A stretch of 64,000 bases of DNA, from assembly GCA_963662285.2 (NCBI GenBank), contig CAXXMV010000006.1, forward strand, positions 704,001 through 768,000. The letters are read 5' to 3'. A program made the position numbers and the translations under genes. Within the stretch, counting starts at the first letter, position 1. Each line of letters starts with the position of its first letter. Below the pieces are notes generated by a model. That model was not told the origin of the DNA. It saw only the letters and a list, made by a program, of their open reading frames with translations, and searched no databases. Positions 60,161-64,000 of this stretch are shown piece by piece. The DNA is from a bacterium (GTDB taxonomy: Bacteria > Hinthialibacterota > Hinthialibacteria > Hinthialibacterales > Hinthialibacteraceae).

Positions 60161-61564
60161 TTACCCTTGCGGCCAGTGGTTTTCTTTGGGTAGATTAGCT
60201 GAATACTCTAAGCGATTATTCCATTCGTCTCTTAGTTTTTTATGTTCCTGTAATATGGATGCGTGTTTTGATGACCGGGCCAGATTGCGCGTTTCTCCCG
60301 GATCGTTTTTTATATCGAATAACTGATCGGTTGGATCATTGAGATAGGATATATATTTATACTGCTCTGAACGGATCATTTTGCCTGTAGAGTCGCTTCC
60401 TTCAACCAGAATTGAATCGTGATTGTCCTGGTTTTTCCCTTCCAGTGTATTGCGTAGACTTTTGCCCAGCGTTCCTTGAGGCGGTTTGACGCCTGCATAG
60501 TCGCAGAATGTGGGCAGGATGTCCGTGCCGCATACTAGCCGCTTGGCATCGGTTATATTTGATTGAATAACTCCCGGCCAACATGCTATGGTTGGAACCT
60601 TGGCGGCTTCATCATAAAGTGAACTTTTACGCACCATCTGATGATGTCCGCAGCCTTCGCCATGATCAGCGGTGAATAACACAAGTGTATTATCGGCTTG
60701 CCGACTGGTTTCAAGCGCATCCAGGACGCGGCCTATTTCCGCATCGACCATTTCGACATGGCGCATATAACTCCAGATATAATAACGCCAATGCAGTTCA
60801 TTCCATTGGCCTTTAACCGGTTCGTATCCATTACGCATTTTGATCTGCGTCTGTGGTTCACTAGCATCGTATTGGAAATTATCCGGCAGCGGGGGCAGTT
60901 GATCCGCAATCTCAGGATAGCGTAAAGTATCCTGATTGAGGCAGTTAATCCGCAGCCATTGGCATATATCATGGGGCTGCAAAAACGAAGCGACCATCAG
61001 AAAAGGATTACTGGCTTTACGGTTATTTATGTATCCCGCACAGGCCTCCGCCACGCTGGAGTCGCCGATATTGCCCTGTCCATTTATCCCCGGAGTAATA
61101 ACGTTGAAACCGGGGATATCCAAAGTGGCGGGTTGAGGAATGTGCCACTTTCCTGCGTAAACCGTCTCGTAATTGGTCTGCCCGGAGAACCATTGCCCCA
61201 TATTGGGCATAGAAGGTATTATGCGTCCACCGTTCTTCCATACGCCGTTTTCAGAAGGCATCCGGCTGGTGAAGATCGAGGCGCGTGCGGGCGAACATAG
61301 CGGATAAGGGCAGTATGATTCGCTATAACTGACTCCCTGCTGAGCCAGATGATCCATGGCTGGAGTATGGATATATTGGTTGCCCGAAGCGGAGACGGCG
61401 TTGATATTTTGCTGGTCAGTGATGATCAACAGGATGTTTGGCTTCCGCTTCCGGGGAGCAGCGGGCGCCTTGCTCCATGCGCCTGAGGCGGCTAAAGAGA
61501 GCGCTCCAGCGGAACCAGCAGCAAGAAAATGACGGCGGTTAAGATTCTGGATGGATTGATTCAT
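60161..61564 (-). CDS. Tat-exported sulfatase (S1, Cys-type)
   Basis: NRRHFL Tat motif, PNILLIITDQ, CSPARASIFT, GKWH, FTADHG and LFDIKNDPGE. Confidence 0.93.
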   Translation of the reverse strand: MNQSIQNLNRRHFLAAGSAGALSLAASGAWSKAPAAPRKRKPNILLIITDQQNINAVSASGNQYIHTPAMDHLAQQGVSYSESYCPYPLCSPARASIFTSRMPSENGVWKNGGRIIPSMPNMGQWFSGQTNYETVYAGKWHIPQPATLDIPGFNVITPGINGQGNIGDSSVAEACAGYINNRKASNPFLMVASFLQPHDICQWLRINCLNQDTLRYPEIADQLPPLPDNFQYDASEPQTQIKMRNGYEPVKGQWNELHWRYYIWSYMRHVEMVDAEIGRVLDALETSRQADNTLVLFTADHGEGCGHHQMVRKSSLYDEAAKVPTIACWPGVIQSNITDAKRLVCGTDILPTFCDYAGVKPPQGTLGKSLRNTLEGKNQDNHDSILVEGSDSTGKMIRSEQYKYISYLNDPTDQLFDIKNDPGETRNLARSSKHASILQEHKKLRDEWNNRLEYSANLPKENHWPQG

Positions 61565-61566
61565 CT

Positions 61567-62382
61567 CTAGTTCCCCTTGCTTCGCGCTTGCTCAACCGCG
61601 AATACAAAATCAGCGTCCGCATTATCGTCGAGGATATAGCAGCGGTAACCAGTAATTGCCAACACCAGGCGTTTGTATTGGTCGAGGTAGTATTCATAGG
61701 GCAAAACGCCATGACCGATCTGCTGATAGCAGTCCAGTTGCAACTTATCTCCATTCCAATCAATGGATGATGTATCCCGGTAGGAAATGGTTTGTATTCC
61801 CTTCAAGCGTAGGAAATTTTCCAGTAATTGAAATTTAGGCGGTTTATACGGATAATTGGTTTTAAAGCGTTGAATCGCGGCAAAAAGCCCCCAATCCGTC
61901 GTCACCCGATTTTCGATTTTGCGGTGTAAGGGCGCGCCGTTTTGAGTGATAGTTAATTGGCTATCTATTAAGGAGCCAGTCTGTTTTGTTGAGAGGTTTT
62001 CGACAAATATCCCGTTTTTATCCGTAAACCAGTTTGAGACGTCCCATTGGAATGGTTCGTATAACTCATCATTTTTATGGCATTTGGCATTTACGGAAAT
62101 ATTGTGCAGCACGCCCTGGTTATTGAGCAGTTGCTGCTGACAATTCAAGCCGATAGTAGAGCCATCAAAAAATGAACCGGGATTGATTTTAAGGAAACCG
62201 ACGTTTTTGTTCGATTTATCGCGGTGACCGTAACAAGTCCAAATACGGTATACCGGATTAAAAATATATTTTGAAGGGATATCTTTGTTCTGCTCAGGCG
62301 CTTGGCCTAGAACGCCAAGTTCATTAAGCATATCCGGCGTTATTGGCGTGCGGACGAATGTTTCTGTTCCTGGAGGAATCAT
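61567..62382 (-). CDS. Hypothetical protein
   Basis: 271-aa ORF with GGAG RBS, two bases upstream of the sulfatase start. Confidence 0.7.
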   Translation of the reverse strand: MIPPGTETFVRTPITPDMLNELGVLGQAPEQNKDIPSKYIFNPVYRIWTCYGHRDKSNKNVGFLKINPGSFFDGSTIGLNCQQQLLNNQGVLHNISVNAKCHKNDELYEPFQWDVSNWFTDKNGIFVENLSTKQTGSLIDSQLTITQNGAPLHRKIENRVTTDWGLFAAIQRFKTNYPYKPPKFQLLENFLRLKGIQTISYRDTSSIDWNGDKLQLDCYQQIGHGVLPYEYYLDQYKRLVLAITGYRCYILDDNADADFVFAVEQARSKGN

Positions 62383-62413
62383 GATATTCTCCCCGATAAA
62401 TCAAATGAGCGGA

Positions 62414-63010
62414 TTATTTGATTATTTTGAATAATGCTGTGAATTTCTTTCTTTGATTTAACGGTTCTATGTTGCGTGATACAGCTTTTATTTTATTGAA
62501 TAGGGTGAAAACTTTTTTACCTATCAACATGCGTTTTGGTTTAAGCATACCGCTGTTACTAAACAATTTCCTGGGCGAATAAGTCATCGTTGAATACAGC
62601 GGAACTGTTGTTTGGTTTGCCTTCTGTTCATAAGGCGCTTCTTCTGATTGGTCAGTTTCCTCATCAGGAATTTGGTCGGCCAACGGGTTATCCTGTTCTT
62701 GCGCATTGGCGTCGGGTTTGGTATATGAGCCATCGCCGATCCATATAGCGAATGGCTGTTTTTCTTCGATTGGACCGCAAATAAGGATGCTATTTTTCGG
62801 GTGTCCGTTCCACTCGTCGTTAATACGGTATAAGGCCAGATCGCGTTTGCGTGATATGACGCCTTTTTCGGCTGCCAGGCGGAGAGGGATATCAGTGACT
62901 GGATCAATCTCAAACGGCGTCATTTCCATTGGTTCCGGACCGAATGTGTAGGATATCCATTTGTTCTTAATATTTGTTTTTTTATTGTTCTTGATGTTTT
63001 CTTCTGTCAT
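62414..63010 (-). CDS. Hypothetical protein
   Basis: 198-aa ORF co-oriented with the downstream genes; no recognisable motif. Confidence 0.55.
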   Translation of the reverse strand: MTEENIKNNKKTNIKNKWISYTFGPEPMEMTPFEIDPVTDIPLRLAAEKGVISRKRDLALYRINDEWNGHPKNSILICGPIEEKQPFAIWIGDGSYTKPDANAQEQDNPLADQIPDEETDQSEEAPYEQKANQTTVPLYSTMTYSPRKLFSNSGMLKPKRMLIGKKVFTLFNKIKAVSRNIEPLNQRKKFTALFKIIK

Positions 63011-63928
63011 TAGTTCTTGAAATCTTTTTCTTTAGATTGAGTTAGAATGATTTCCAAAATTCAGCGTGTTCAAAACGCATAAACATTTGAAAATATCCAT
63101 AGAAAAGTATCTAATACTGATTTCGGGTGGATTGGAAGAGATAAGGAAAAGCAAAATATAAGCGATCTTTAAGAATCAAGTAATATTAATGGGCGATTTT
63201 TGATGGAATAGATGAAATTATCCTTGAGCGAATTATGGTTGGCGTCCCGTATATTTTGGGCAAATGTTCCGGCTTTTTTTGTGGGGAATTCCCCTACAAT
63301 AAAATCAGCATTTACTGGTATTTAATCCTTGAATACTGATAGTATCATTAAACAGACCGTATTTATAAGTACATTTTTTATGTTTTTTGATATATTAATA
63401 TTATTGAACTATTGTTATGAATTATATGGTCGTTGAGGTTGGTATGGTTAGGTTGTTATAAGCATATCATGCAGAATTGAGGATAAGAAAAATGAGAAAT
63501 GTTAATTTTCATCAATATCAGGTTTCACAGTGGCTTCAACCGAGTCGTGGTTCCATAATGCATAGCAATGGTTTGCCGCAAAGAAAATCTTATTTGCAGC
63601 GTAGTTGGATCTGGGCTACATTAGTGCTGGCTCTGATTGCGGCAGTATGGGGATGGGGATTTTAGATATCCTAAATCCTATCAAGGCCGTTTGAAGAATA
63701 GATTGATTAGTTTCATTGAAGCTAGCAATTCTATAAGTTCATATTTCTGCAGCATATCCAGTTACTCAAAGCAGTTCTATTTTTGTGACAGATCTTCGAT
63801 AATCCTCTTCAGAGATTTGCATAATAACATTATTATTCGCCGATAATATCCTCTTATCATCTCCAATTGTCGTTCTTTCTATGGTATCGTAAATCAATAT
63901 GAAATTATCCCGAAATAGGAGGAGAATT

Positions 63929-64000
63929 ATGTTTCGAAAATATTATCTTATCAGTTTAACCGTTATGCTGGCAATGACTTGCGCATTTGTTGGCGAGGTT
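63929..64000 (+). CDS. 5' end of a secreted protein (runs out of the window)
   Basis: AGGAGG RBS, then MFRKYYLISLTVMLAMTCAFVGEV, which is signal-peptide-like. Confidence 0.65.
   Translation, partial: MFRKYYLISLTVMLAMTCAFVGEV

Noticed and set aside
63477-63846. Two short ORFs, one with a TM-like stretch
   Set aside because: No clear RBS or recognisable family; may be a decayed gene but cannot be supported.

Overview
Gene-dense bacterial chromosomal window with about 55 CDS and no rRNA, tRNA or CRISPR array that I could see. The gene set (ECF sigma/anti-sigma modules, pilin-like GFTLIELLIVVAIIGILAAIAVPNF protein, many secreted carbohydrate-active and beta-helix proteins, Tat sulfatase) suggests a poorly characterised candidate-phylum organism, possibly Hinthialibacterota/OLB16-like; this is inference only. 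The stand-out is a minus-strand, operon-like locus at about 46.4-52.6 kb. It holds five tandem RebB-like (R-body) genes, two genes built from tandem repeats resembling degenerate MbtH-like domains with no NRPS in the window, a leaderless streptopain-like (C10) cysteine protease zymogen, and a frameshift-split Ala-rich/BACON/hydrophobic-helix gene. Together they make a candidate R-body cargo-delivery system. Next to it is an AT-rich pentapeptide-repeat membrane gene split at an A15 tract. Other notable items: an ISL3 with 27-bp IRs and an 8-bp target duplication interrupting a signal peptide, a frameshifted AAA-ATPase/DUF4276 putative defence pair, a signal-peptide-bearing nickel SOD without adjacent sodX, and several families of REP-like palindromes, one with compensatory base changes. 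All family assignments come from motif recognition by eye, not database searches.
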